DNA of 64,000 nt, taken from the NCBI GenBank assembly GCA_944387505.1, contig CALXFG010000001.1, positions 148,247 to 212,246 of the forward strand, written 5' to 3'. This DNA is from an uncultured Clostridia bacterium (GTDB lineage Bacteria; Bacillota; Clostridia; TANB77; CAG-508). Position numbers and translations under genes: made by a program. The stretch's first letter is position 1, and each line of letters starts with the position of its first letter. Positions 1 to 9,496 of the stretch are shown here, piece by piece. A model generated the notes under the pieces. The model did no database searches. It saw only the letters and a program-made list of their open reading frames with translations, and was not told where the DNA came from.

Positions 1-1
1 T

Positions 2-286
2 AATAAAGACATAGAAAAGATTGGAGATTACAAGGTTTTAACATTTAAAGATATAGATAAAGACTATGTGAAAAATATGATAACAGGAGAAGAAAGTAAA
101 AGTGGTCTTCCAAAGTCAAATGTGTTATATTATGAATTAGAAGATAACAATTGGTGTTGTATCAGACCATCAGGAACAGAACCTAAGATAAAATTATATA
201 TGGGTGTCAAAGGTAAAACTGACGAAGAAGCAAGTAAGAAATTAGAAGATTTAAAACAAGCCATGTTAGATGTTGTAAAGATTTAA
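2..286 (+). CDS. Phosphoglucomutase/phosphomannomutase family protein, C-terminal fragment (5' end outside window)
   Basis: The frame is open from base 2. It contains the C-terminal alpha-D-phosphohexomutase motif RPSGTEPKIKLY, and a hairpin terminator follows the stop. Confidence 0.75.
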   Translation, partial: NKDIEKIGDYKVLTFKDIDKDYVKNMITGEESKSGLPKSNVLYYELEDNNWCCIRPSGTEPKIKLYMGVKGKTDEEASKKLEDLKQAMLDVVKI

Positions 287-290
287 TGAT

Positions 291-336
291 AAAGGTTGCC
301 AAAGGGGACGTGCCATTTTGGCAACCTTTATTTTTT
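291..336 (+). terminator. Rho-independent terminator of the pgm-like gene
   Basis: Stem aaaggttgccaaa / tttggcaaccttt with a 13-nt loop, followed by a T-run. Confidence 0.7.
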
Positions 337-365
337 AATTTAAAAGATTTTTTTAAGCTATATTA

Positions 366-404
366 TTAAAAAGGTTGCCAAAATGGCACGTCCCCTTTGG
401 CAAC
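366..404 (-). terminator. Rho-independent terminator of the ttcA-like gene (inverted copy of the 291-329 hairpin)
   Basis: The reverse complement matches the first hairpin almost exactly. The A-run at 368-372 is a T-run on the minus strand. The ttcA-like stop is at 406-408. Confidence 0.65.
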
Positions 405-405
405 T

Positions 406-1116
406 CTATTTTAGTTTCCAATCATCTAAATTTCTTTGAATAGCTCCAAATAAATTAGCTCGTATCATAGGAATATTTTTAGATAATGTATAAATTAAAT
501 TTTTCATATCTTCTCTTTTGGACGTACCATCCATCGGACAAACTTTTGGCATAACTTCTATATTGTTTTTTCTAACAAATCGTCTAATCTCTTTTTCTGG
601 TGTATACACAAGCGGTCTAATTAATGTAATTCTTGACCTATCCATATAACTTTTTGGTGAAAAGGTTCCAATGTTTCCTGTATATAGTAAATTTAAAAGA
701 AAAGTTTCTAAAACATCATCTTGATTATGTCCTAGAGCAATTTTATTGCAACCTTCCCTAATAGCAACCGAATTAATCACACCTCTACGTAAATTGGCAC
801 ATAAAGAGCATGGATTTTTTTCTTTTCTGATATCAAAAACAATTTCCTTTGCATTGCTATTTTCAATATATAAAGGAACATCTACTTCCTTACATATTTT
901 ATTTAAAAAGTCAATATCAAAAAATTCAAATCCTGGGTTGACACTTACAGCGATAATATCAAATTTTTTAGGATAAAATATTTGTAGATTTTTAAAAGCT
1001 TTTAACATGGTAATAGAATCTTTACCACCAGAAAGGCAGATAGCAATTTTGTCGCCTTCTTCTATCATATGATATTCTTCAATTGCTTTTCGCATATGAC
1101 TTAATATTCTTTGCAT
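406..1116 (-). CDS. ttcA: PP-loop ATPase, TtcA-family tRNA 2-thiocytidine biosynthesis protein
   Basis: PP-loop motif CLSGGKDS near the N-terminus, Cys motifs NPCSLCANLRRG and VCPMDG, and a length of 236 aa typical of the family. Confidence 0.75.
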   Translation of the reverse strand: MQRILSHMRKAIEEYHMIEEGDKIAICLSGGKDSITMLKAFKNLQIFYPKKFDIIAVSVNPGFEFFDIDFLNKICKEVDVPLYIENSNAKEIVFDIRKEKNPCSLCANLRRGVINSVAIREGCNKIALGHNQDDVLETFLLNLLYTGNIGTFSPKSYMDRSRITLIRPLVYTPEKEIRRFVRKNNIEVMPKVCPMDGTSKREDMKNLIYTLSKNIPMIRANLFGAIQRNLDDWKLK

Positions 1117-1160
1117 AATACACTCCTTAATTACAATTTTATAAAAAACTACTAAAAAAA

Positions 1161-1190
1161 TTTATAAAAATTTATAAAAATTTATAATAA
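1161..1190. repeat. Three tandem copies of the 10-bp unit tttataaaaa (helically phased A-tracts) in a divergent promoter region
   Basis: Direct reading: tttataaaaa tttataaaaa tttataataa. Confidence 0.6.
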
Positions 1191-1316
1191 TATTATACCA
1201 GATTTTATCAAGAAAGAAAATAAAAATAATTTACGGAAATAGGAAAGACGAATATTTCTTAAAAAATAAGGAAAAATTAAGAAAAAATTTCTGCAAAAAT
1301 TTTTTAAAAAAAGGTC

Positions 1317-1345
1317 TTGACAAATAAAAATGTTATAGTTATAGT
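1317..1345 (+). promoter_or_regulatory. Putative sigma-A type promoter of the T7SS-like operon
   Basis: TTGACA (1317-1322), a 17-nt spacer, then TATAGT (1340-1345), about 30 nt upstream of the first gene. Confidence 0.5.
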
Positions 1346-1375
1346 GAAATTAAATATCAAAGGGAGGTGAATGAA

Positions 1376-1996
1376 ATGGCAAGAGTTGATGTACATTATC
1401 AAGTTTTAGCAACAAATGCTAAAACAATAAGAAGTTATGCTCAAGAGTTAAACCAATATGTAACATCTGTATACACAAGATTAGCAGATATGCATAGTGT
1501 GTGGTATGGTAAAAGATATGAATCATTGGTAAAGGAATTTAATAATATTATTCCACAAATTAATGATTTGTTAGATTTAGTTGTAAAAGATATACCATTT
1601 TCATTAGAATCAATTGCCAATAACTATTCTCAAACAGAGGATGGCTATAATATAACAAGTGCACAACAAACAGCACCAAATAAAGTTAGTGAGTTAGGCC
1701 CATATAGTGAGGGGGCAGAAGATAAAATGAGATATATATCTGCAGATGTAGAAACTACAAAAAATCAAATAGTATCTGATTTTGATAATGCAAAGTCAAA
1801 AATGGAAGCAATTAAATCTGTATATGATCAAACTCCTTGGGATGGAGAGGCATCAGAAGCTTACAGCAGCACATTAACGAGATTAAAAAATGAGATTATC
1901 ACATCTTTTGAAAATATTACAACACAATTTACCAACTTAATGAACCAAGCTGAAGCAGATGTGAATGCAGCAGAAACAGGAAATACAGTTTCTTAA
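1376..1996 (+). CDS. Tandem (fused) WXG100/ESAT-6-like protein
   Basis: Two roughly 100-aa helical halves, each with a central W-x-G: SVWYGKRYESL and TPWDGEASEAYS. GGAGG lies 8 nt upstream of the ATG at 1376, while the ORF track starts at GTG 1367. It is the first gene of a cluster that ends in essC-yukD. Confidence 0.6.
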   Translation: MARVDVHYQVLATNAKTIRSYAQELNQYVTSVYTRLADMHSVWYGKRYESLVKEFNNIIPQINDLLDLVVKDIPFSLESIANNYSQTEDGYNITSAQQTAPNKVSELGPYSEGAEDKMRYISADVETTKNQIVSDFDNAKSKMEAIKSVYDQTPWDGEASEAYSSTLTRLKNEIITSFENITTQFTNLMNQAEADVNAAETGNTVS

Positions 1997-2096
1997 TGAA
2001 TATTTTTTAAATAACTGCTATATGGCAGTTATTTGAAAAGTATTTAGAAAAAGTTATGATGTTAAATACTATAAAATAATGATAGGAGGGGACAGA

Positions 2097-2558
2097 ATGA
2101 CAAATGCTGTAGCTGACAAATATAATAATAGAGTTATGTACACTGCAAACGATGCGAAAAATGCAATAGGGGAATTAGAGGCAGAAAAAAGTAGATTGAA
2201 AGCAAAATTAAGTGATAATAATAAATTGCTAGCAGAATATAATAAAATATTATCTATTTTAAATAGTGAAATATCAGATTATGATGGATTTACTTATAAT
2301 AAAATAGTAAATGCAGAAAAGGGGTTAGAGAGAAACTATAAAGGAAATGAGAGGGCAAATAATTTGAAAAGCGCTCTAAATCAACATATCAATCTTGTTG
2401 AAAATGTAAAGAAAATGATACAAAATTTAAGAGATAGAATAATCGATAGAACAAGTGAGATCAGAAGGATTATAAACAGTACTGAAAGTCAAATAAATGA
2501 TGTGGAGATAGTTAGTGGAAAAGTACATAATCAACTAGCAAACTACTCACAATTGTAG
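2097..2558 (+). CDS. Hypothetical coiled-coil protein (T7SS-cluster accessory protein or substrate candidate)
   Basis: RBS taggagg upstream of the ATG at 2097. The sequence is helical and heptad-rich with no hydrophobic segment. Confidence 0.5.
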   Translation: MTNAVADKYNNRVMYTANDAKNAIGELEAEKSRLKAKLSDNNKLLAEYNKILSILNSEISDYDGFTYNKIVNAEKGLERNYKGNERANNLKSALNQHINLVENVKKMIQNLRDRIIDRTSEIRRIINSTESQINDVEIVSGKVHNQLANYSQL

Positions 2559-2621
2559 AATAATTACTAAAAAATACTTTACTAAAAAGCTAAAATAGGT
2601 TTAAAAAAAGGAGGATTAATA

Positions 2622-3854
2622 ATGAGTGGAAATGTGCATATAAATACGGAACTATTACAGCAAGAATGCGCAAAAAAGTTAGAGGAATGTATATGGGGAT
2701 TAGAGGACTGCCAAGAAGCAATTGAAAAATGTATTTTTCCTCCTGATGGTGCATACCAAACAACTTTTACAATATCAAAAAGTTTGATAACGCAAACAAT
2801 TGAGACTTTATTTATTCAAATAAAGAAAGATATAGCAGAAGTTAATGGTGCAATAGATGGATTTAATAATGCAGAGCAAAAAAATAAAGAAATCGCTGGT
2901 AGAACTGGAGGTAGAGGATCAAATATTCCGACAGTTCGTCCAGAAGAAACTGACTCTGAAATGACCGATGTAGAAGATATAGAGGAAAATGTAAACGTGC
3001 ATTTAGAAGAAAATGAAATACAAGCAGATGCACCAACAGATGTGGAAATTTCAGATGAAGAACAAGACATAGGATTAGAGGAGATTGTGCCAAACACACA
3101 ATTAGAGGAAGTAATTGATCTTATATATGATGGAGAACCTAATCTTACAGATGAGGAAAAACAAAGAATCATAGAAGCAATAGCAAAAATCAATAAAACA
3201 GAAATATTAGAAGGATTGGATGAGGATATAGCTAATAGAATAAGAGCTGAAATTATAAAAGATTACTTAGATGGTGAATTAGAATTAGATGGAATTGAAA
3301 AAGAACAATTACAAGTATATATAGAAAGCCATCCGGATTTACAAATAGGATTTGAAATTAATGAAGCTATATTAAGTTTTGAAAGCTTAATTGAAGGTGG
3401 AGTTGTAACACAAGAAGAAATAAAAGCAATTATAGAAAATAATATAGAAATCCATGATGAAAATGCTTTCATAGAAGAATATATTGACGCTGGAGGATTA
3501 GAAGCAGACGTATCAGAAGTAGAATCATTTTATGATCCAGAAACAAACATTATTCATCTAAGAGATACGGCAGATTCTGTTGTGATTACAAATTCTATTA
3601 TTACGATATTAGGACAAGAAGTAAATATGGGTGAAGAATCTACAGGTGATAGTGTTGTAGAAGATGTACAAATTGGTGAAAGTGATACAACAATTGAAAT
3701 GCCAAATGATGTGGTAGATGGATCAGAAAATATGACAGATGTGGAATTAGATGAAAATAATACAACCATACAAATGCCAGATGATGTGATAGATGGATCA
3801 GAAAATATAACAGATGTAGAAATAAATGAAGATGAAACAAATGAGAATCAATAG
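2622..3854 (+). CDS. Highly acidic (D/E-rich) protein with a helical N-terminus and C-terminal 25-aa tandem repeats; T7SS substrate candidate
   Basis: RBS aaggagg upstream. The 410-aa product has no TM segment or signal peptide. It carries the repeat TTIEMPNDVVDGSENMTDVELDENN / TTIQMPDDVIDGSENITDVEINEDE. Confidence 0.6.
   Translation: MSGNVHINTELLQQECAKKLEECIWGLEDCQEAIEKCIFPPDGAYQTTFTISKSLITQTIETLFIQIKKDIAEVNGAIDGFNNAEQKNKEIAGRTGGRGSNIPTVRPEETDSEMTDVEDIEENVNVHLEENEIQADAPTDVEISDEEQDIGLEEIVPNTQLEEVIDLIYDGEPNLTDEEKQRIIEAIAKINKTEILEGLDEDIANRIRAEIIKDYLDGELELDGIEKEQLQVYIESHPDLQIGFEINEAILSFESLIEGGVVTQEEIKAIIENNIEIHDENAFIEEYIDAGGLEADVSEVESFYDPETNIIHLRDTADSVVITNSIITILGQEVNMGEESTGDSVVEDVQIGESDTTIEMPNDVVDGSENMTDVELDENNTTIQMPDDVIDGSENITDVEINEDETNENQ
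3687..3836 (+). repeat. 2 x 75-bp in-frame tandem repeat inside the acidic protein gene
   Basis: Copies at 3687-3761 and 3762-3836 align with few substitutions. Confidence 0.8.
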
Positions 3855-3873
3855 GAAATAAGTAGGTGAAATT

Positions 3874-4182
3874 ATGGAAAATACAGAAAACAAAACAGAT
3901 GTCAATTTCGAAAATATTTGTAAAATATCATCAAAAGTTTTTGGAATTGCTAAGAAAAAACTGGCAGGAGAAAAAGTTAAAATAGATGTTTCGGTTGATG
4001 AGGTAAGAGATAAGCTACAAAATCTATTAAATAATGTTAATTTTATTAATGAAATTGAAGCAAAAAGATTGGTTTCTGAGACATTATTAGATTTAGGATA
4101 TATAACAAATCCGCAAGTAAAGGTATTAAGTTTACGATTAGGACAACTTTATAGAGATCAACAAAGAGTTAATAAAGAATAA
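3874..4182 (+). CDS. Hypothetical 102-aa protein in the T7SS-like cluster
   Basis: ORF preceded by an aggtg RBS. No recognisable motif. Confidence 0.45.
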   Translation: MENTENKTDVNFENICKISSKVFGIAKKKLAGEKVKIDVSVDEVRDKLQNLLNNVNFINEIEAKRLVSETLLDLGYITNPQVKVLSLRLGQLYRDQQRVNKE

Positions 4183-4305
4183 TTTTACAAACAAAAGTAA
4201 AGAATAGAAAAGAATATGAAACTTTAAGTTATGTAATTTTAAAGTGAACATAAATTTTTCATGTTTTAATTTTCAAAAGAAAAGTGCAGAAGAAGAGGTG
4301 TCATT

Positions 4306-7300
4306 ATGCAAATTGCGTTAATAGGCAAAGATACACTATATAAACTTTCTTTACCCAAAAATGTTGAAGGTAATTATTGGTTAACAGACCATAAAGAGAA
4401 AAATGAAAAAAAATTAATCAATGTTGAGGGAAAAGATGGAAAATGGCAACTTGTGGCTAATGATTATACAAATGTTATTGATTTAAAATTTATTGATATT
4501 GATGACAAAAGCCATGGGATAAAGGTATATAAAAATAATGATAAAGGAGAAAAAACAATTATTTTAGAGGAATATAAGATGTATGGGATATCTTTTAAAG
4601 ACTCAAAAGAATTGTTTCTTCTTTGTTGTCTGCCAACTTTTGAAAAAGATTTAATACAATTAAATATAAAAAGTCGAGAACCATTTTATATAGGAAGTGA
4701 TTCGAAAAATCAAATATCATATAGAAATAAGTTAGTGCATAAAACACATGCGAAAATTTATTTATATGAGAATAATTGGATGATTGAAAATTATGATATG
4801 AATTTTGGAACATTTGTTAATGGAAAACCAGTTATAAAACCGCAATTATTAACAAATGGTGATGTTATTTTTATCATGGGATTAAAAATTATTATAATGG
4901 GAAATCGTCTTTATGTGAATAATCCCGAAGAAAATTTGTATTATAGTGCGGGATTTTTTGAAGTTATTGAACCAAAAACAGAAAAAGTTATTCGAGGACA
5001 AGATGAAGAAAAAAATATAGAAATGTATGATGAAGATGAATATTTTTCTAGAGCGCCTAGAATCACTAATGTAATTGAAAGAGAGAAGGTAAAGATTGAT
5101 GCACCACCACAGATACAAGATAAGGAAGAAATGCCACTTATTTTAACCTTGGGAACTTCTATGTCTATGGGCGCAATTATGTTAGTTTCTGTGTTTAATG
5201 CTTTGGATGGAGCTATGAGTGGAACTGCTAGTACAAAAAAAACGGTAACTTCTTTAATAATAGCATTAGCAATGTTGGTAAGTATCATCTTGTTTCCAAT
5301 TTTAACTGCAAAATATAATAGAAAGAAAAAAATTAGATATGAAGAAAAAAGACAAACAAGATATAAAGAATATTTAGCAAAGAAAAAAGACAATATTACA
5401 AAAATTATGCAAAAACAAAAAGAGATACTATATGAGAATAATTTATCACCAGAAGAATGTACACAAGTTATATTAGGAAGAAGCGGTCGTCTATGGGAAA
5501 GAAAAATTGATGATTACGATTTCTTAACAGTTAGACTAGGTATCGGAGATGTTGATACAGAAATCGATATTCAATACCCAGAAGAAAAATTCATGATGGA
5601 AGATGATAATCTAATTGATATTTTACATGATATAGCTGATAGTTCAAAAGTTATTCATTCTGCACCAATTACAGTTTCATTTACAGAAAAAAATGTAACT
5701 GCTTTAATTGTAAAGAAAAATGAAAATATTGATAACTTTTTAAGAAATTTAATTATACAATTAATCACATTCCAAAGTTATGAAGATTTAAAATTGGTGT
5801 TTTTATTAGACCAAGAAGGAGCTGAAACATTAAATTATGCAAAAATGTTACCACATGTTTGGAGTAGGAACAGACAAATACGTTTCTTCACACATGATGA
5901 AGAAGAAATGAAAGATATATCAAAATATTTAGAGGTAGAATTACAAAATCGATTACAATATAAGGATAAAGAATATAAATCATTTAAACCATATTATTTA
6001 ATTATCACGAATGATTATAAAAGAATTGAAAATTTAAAATTTATTACTGAAGTATTAAAGCAAAAACAAAATATGGGATTTAGTATTTTATGTATTGCTA
6101 ATGATTTGCTACAATTACCAAATGAATGTAAAACTTTTATTGAATTAGATATGGTAGCCAAAAAGGGAATGATATTTGAAAATGAAATATCATCAACAAA
6201 TCAAAGGCAAATAGCCTTTGATAATTCTGTAAAAATATTTTTTGAAAAAATTTGTGAAAAGATTTCAAACATTCCAATTCGATATACAGAGACAGGAAGT
6301 TATTTATTGCCAAATAATTATTCTTTCTTAGAGATGTATGATGTTGGTAGAATAGAACAATTAAATGTATTAGAAAGATGGCATAAAAATGATTCTACTC
6401 TTTCATTAAAAGCTCCAATAGGAATTGATACAACAGGTTCTCATATTTATTTGGATATACATGAAAAGTTCCATGGACCACATGGTTTAATTGCAGGTAG
6501 TACAGGTTCTGGAAAAAGTGAATTCATTATCACATATATATTATCTCTTGCTATTAATTATCAACCAGAAGATGTTACCTTTATTTTGATAGATTATAAA
6601 GGTGGAGGATTGGCAGGTGCATTCGTAAAAGGAAACATGAAGTTACCACATTTAGTAGGAACCATTACCAATATAGATACTAATGGGCTTCAAAGGTCAT
6701 TAGCATCTATACAGAGTGAGTTACGAAGAAGACAAGTGATGTTTAATGAAGCAAGAAATATGACAGATGAGGGGACAATTGATATTTATAAATATCAAAA
6801 ATTATATCATGATGGAGTGGTTAATAAACCAATACCACATTTATTAATTATCTGTGACGAGTTTGCAGAATTAAAACAACAACAACCAGACTTTATGGAA
6901 GAATTAATGAGTGTTTCAAGAATTGGACGTAGCTTAGGAGTACATTTAATATTAGCAACTCAAAAACCAGCAGGTATTGTAAATGATCAAATTCGTAGTA
7001 ACAGTAAATTTGCAGTATGCCTAAAAGTACAAGAAAAACAAGATAGTGTGGATGTTATTAAAAGACCAGATGCAGCAACTTTAAGAACAGCAGGTCAATT
7101 TTATTTACAAGTAGGAAATGATGAATATTTTGTATTAGGACAATCTGGTTGGGCAGGAGCTTCATATTACCCTTCAGATGTGATAGAAAAAAAGGTAGAT
7201 AATTCTGTACAATTAATATCTGATATTGGAACACCGATAAAACAAGCAGATGATGCAGTACAAAAAGTTTTAATTGATAAAGGGGAACAATTAACGAATA

Positions 7301-8901
7301 TTGTTAGATATTTAGATACATTAGGAAAACAACAAGGAATCAAAATGCAACCACTTTGGTTAGAAAATATTCCTGAAACAATTTTCATAAAAGATGTTCG
7401 TAAAAAGTATCAAGTAAAAGTGAAAGAAAACATTGTGAATCCTATTATTGGTGAATATGATGATCCATATAATCAACGTCAAGGAGTTGTTGAACTAAAT
7501 CTATCAATTTTAGGAAATACTATTATTTATGGTAATGCTGATAGTGGAAAAGAAACGCTTCTAAGTACAATGGTATATGATTTAATTACTACTTATACAA
7601 GTGAAGAAATGCAGTTATACTTATTAGATTTTGGGACAGAAGCTTTAAAAATATATGGTAATAGCCCACAAGTAGGAGATGTTGTATTTATCAATGACAA
7701 AGAAAAGATTAATAGGTTTTTTAATATGCTTCAAGAAATTATGAAGAGCAGAAAGGAAGATTTATTAGAATACAATGGAGACTATAATTTGTATTTGAAA
7801 ACAAGTGGTAAGAAAATGCCAATGATTATAGTTGTTATTAATAACTGGGATGTATTTTCAGAAACGTATGGTATTGAATATGAAGATATCTTCCAAGCTA
7901 TTCAAAGGGAAAGTACAAAATGTGGAATTGTATTTGTTGTAACAACAAATGCATATAATTCTATGAGATATCGATTAACCCAAAACTTTAAACATAAAAT
8001 AGCATTACAATTAAATGATGAAAATGATTATTATAATATTTTTGATAGTGTAGGAAAGAAAAGACCATCTCATATCTTTGGTAGAGGTTTGTTAGAATTA
8101 GAAGATGGACAAGTTTATGAATTCCAAACAGCTAAAATATGTGAGGCAGAAGAATATACACAAAAGGTTAGAGAAACAATAGAAAGATTGCAAAAAGAAC
8201 AACAAATCAAAGCAAAACCAATTCCAACTTTGCCAGATAAAGTTACATTTGAAAATGTAAGAATAGGACTAAAAGATATATCTCAAGTTCCAATAGGCAT
8301 TATACAAAAAAATCTAAAAATAGCGTTATATGATTTTAAAAGAAATTTTGCAACAATGATAACTTCGAAAAATATGGATGATGCAGTACAATTAACTTCT
8401 AATATATTAGAAGAGATAAAATCTTTAAAAAGCATTAATATAATTATTTTTGACGCAGAAAGAGCATTAACTTCAAAAAAGACAAATTTAAAAGAACAAT
8501 ACCAAGAATTGCTTTCAAATATGGATAAGGATACAAAAAAACATACAATATGTGTATTTATTGGTATAGATAAATTCTTGACAGATGATGCTGATATAGG
8601 AACCAGTTTCAACAAATTTATGAAGCAATTAGAAGAAAAAGAAAATTATAGTGTTATTTTCGTAGAAAACGCAAATAAAATTAAAGCACATGAATTTGAA
8701 GATTGGTATAAAAATTATATTACAAAAGAAAATGGAATTTGGATAGGAAATGGAATTGATACTCAATATTTGATTACAATTAATTCAAGTAGAAAAGAAT
8801 TATTTAATAATTGTGGACGTAGTTTTGGATATATAATAAAAGATGGTATTTCCACATTTGTAAAACTTTTAGAGATGAAAGAGGATGAGGATAATGAATA
8901 A
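4306..8901 (+). CDS. essC: Type VII secretion protein EssC (FtsK/SpoIIIE-family ATPase with an N-terminal FHA-like region)
   Basis: 1531 aa. It has a soluble N-terminal region, two TM helices (about aa 285-335), Walker A GSTGSGKSEF with Walker B LLIICDEFAEL, a second P-loop GNADSGKETL, and a degenerate third domain. This is the classic EssC/YukB architecture. Confidence 0.9.
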   Translation: MQIALIGKDTLYKLSLPKNVEGNYWLTDHKEKNEKKLINVEGKDGKWQLVANDYTNVIDLKFIDIDDKSHGIKVYKNNDKGEKTIILEEYKMYGISFKDSKELFLLCCLPTFEKDLIQLNIKSREPFYIGSDSKNQISYRNKLVHKTHAKIYLYENNWMIENYDMNFGTFVNGKPVIKPQLLTNGDVIFIMGLKIIIMGNRLYVNNPEENLYYSAGFFEVIEPKTEKVIRGQDEEKNIEMYDEDEYFSRAPRITNVIEREKVKIDAPPQIQDKEEMPLILTLGTSMSMGAIMLVSVFNALDGAMSGTASTKKTVTSLIIALAMLVSIILFPILTAKYNRKKKIRYEEKRQTRYKEYLAKKKDNITKIMQKQKEILYENNLSPEECTQVILGRSGRLWERKIDDYDFLTVRLGIGDVDTEIDIQYPEEKFMMEDDNLIDILHDIADSSKVIHSAPITVSFTEKNVTALIVKKNENIDNFLRNLIIQLITFQSYEDLKLVFLLDQEGAETLNYAKMLPHVWSRNRQIRFFTHDEEEMKDISKYLEVELQNRLQYKDKEYKSFKPYYLIITNDYKRIENLKFITEVLKQKQNMGFSILCIANDLLQLPNECKTFIELDMVAKKGMIFENEISSTNQRQIAFDNSVKIFFEKICEKISNIPIRYTETGSYLLPNNYSFLEMYDVGRIEQLNVLERWHKNDSTLSLKAPIGIDTTGSHIYLDIHEKFHGPHGLIAGSTGSGKSEFIITYILSLAINYQPEDVTFILIDYKGGGLAGAFVKGNMKLPHLVGTITNIDTNGLQRSLASIQSELRRRQVMFNEARNMTDEGTIDIYKYQKLYHDGVVNKPIPHLLIICDEFAELKQQQPDFMEELMSVSRIGRSLGVHLILATQKPAGIVNDQIRSNSKFAVCLKVQEKQDSVDVIKRPDAATLRTAGQFYLQVGNDEYFVLGQSGWAGASYYPSDVIEKKVDNSVQLISDIGTPIKQADDAVQKVLIDKGEQLTNIVRYLDTLGKQQGIKMQPLWLENIPETIFIKDVRKKYQVKVKENIVNPIIGEYDDPYNQRQGVVELNLSILGNTIIYGNADSGKETLLSTMVYDLITTYTSEEMQLYLLDFGTEALKIYGNSPQVGDVVFINDKEKINRFFNMLQEIMKSRKEDLLEYNGDYNLYLKTSGKKMPMIIVVINNWDVFSETYGIEYEDIFQAIQRESTKCGIVFVVTTNAYNSMRYRLTQNFKHKIALQLNDENDYYNIFDSVGKKRPSHIFGRGLLELEDGQVYEFQTAKICEAEEYTQKVRETIERLQKEQQIKAKPIPTLPDKVTFENVRIGLKDISQVPIGIIQKNLKIALYDFKRNFATMITSKNMDDAVQLTSNILEEIKSLKSINIIIFDAERALTSKKTNLKEQYQELLSNMDKDTKKHTICVFIGIDKFLTDDADIGTSFNKFMKQLEEKENYSVIFVENANKIKAHEFEDWYKNYITKENGIWIGNGIDTQYLITINSSRKELFNNCGRSFGYIIKDGISTFVKLLEMKEDEDNE

Positions 8902-9145
8902 AATATTAGTTAGTATATATGTTCCTGCCTTAGAAGAAAATTATGATTTTTGGATTCCTATCAATAAAAAAATATATAAAATTATACTTTTATTGATAAA
9001 AATTATTAATGAGAGCAGCGGGGATTATTATAGACCTACAACAATGCCTTTATTATATGACAAACTTACGGCAAAACCATATGATATTAATATGACAGTA
9101 AAAGATAATCAAATTGGAAATGGAACAGAAATGATATTGATTTAA
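8894..9145 (+). CDS. yukD: YukD/EsaB-like ubiquitin-fold T7SS protein
   Basis: About 83 aa, and its start overlaps the essC stop (ATGAATAA). The C-terminal IGNGTEMILI resembles the YukD ending ITNGDRLEIL. The gene position is canonical. An alternative in-frame ATG lies at 8885. Confidence 0.65.
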   Translation: MNKILVSIYVPALEENYDFWIPINKKIYKIILLLIKIINESSGDYYRPTTMPLLYDKLTAKPYDINMTVKDNQIGNGTEMILI

Positions 9146-9150
9146 TCTAT

Positions 9151-9197
9151 AAAAGCACTTTATATTTAATATATGATAATATAAAGTGCTTTTTATA
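9151..9197 (+). terminator. Rho-independent terminator ending the T7SS-like operon
   Basis: 15-bp stem aaaagcactttatat / atataaagtgctttt followed by a T-run. Confidence 0.75.
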
Positions 9198-9353
9198 TGA
9201 TGCAATTTTCAAATTAAATATTAAAATATTGTTAGGGATCAGACTAAGATATATTTTAGTCTGATCTCTAATAAAACGTTAACATAAGAATAAGAAGTAA
9301 GCCAATAAATATTGATTTTTTTAATAGTATATATTATAATATTTCATGTATAT

Positions 9354-9429
<76 letters not shown>

Positions 9430-9496
9430 ATTGGCGAAATGCCAATTATATTAGTAACTTGTAAAGAATAATTTCTTAAGTAGGAGGAATGAACAG

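Noticed and set aside
4595-5393. Several minus-strand ORFs inside essC (and similar ones inside dnaX, mreB, mrdA, the surface-protein genes and others)
   Set aside because: These are antisense shadow ORFs, typical of AT-rich coding DNA. They have low-complexity F/I/L/S-rich products and are fully contained in strongly supported genes.
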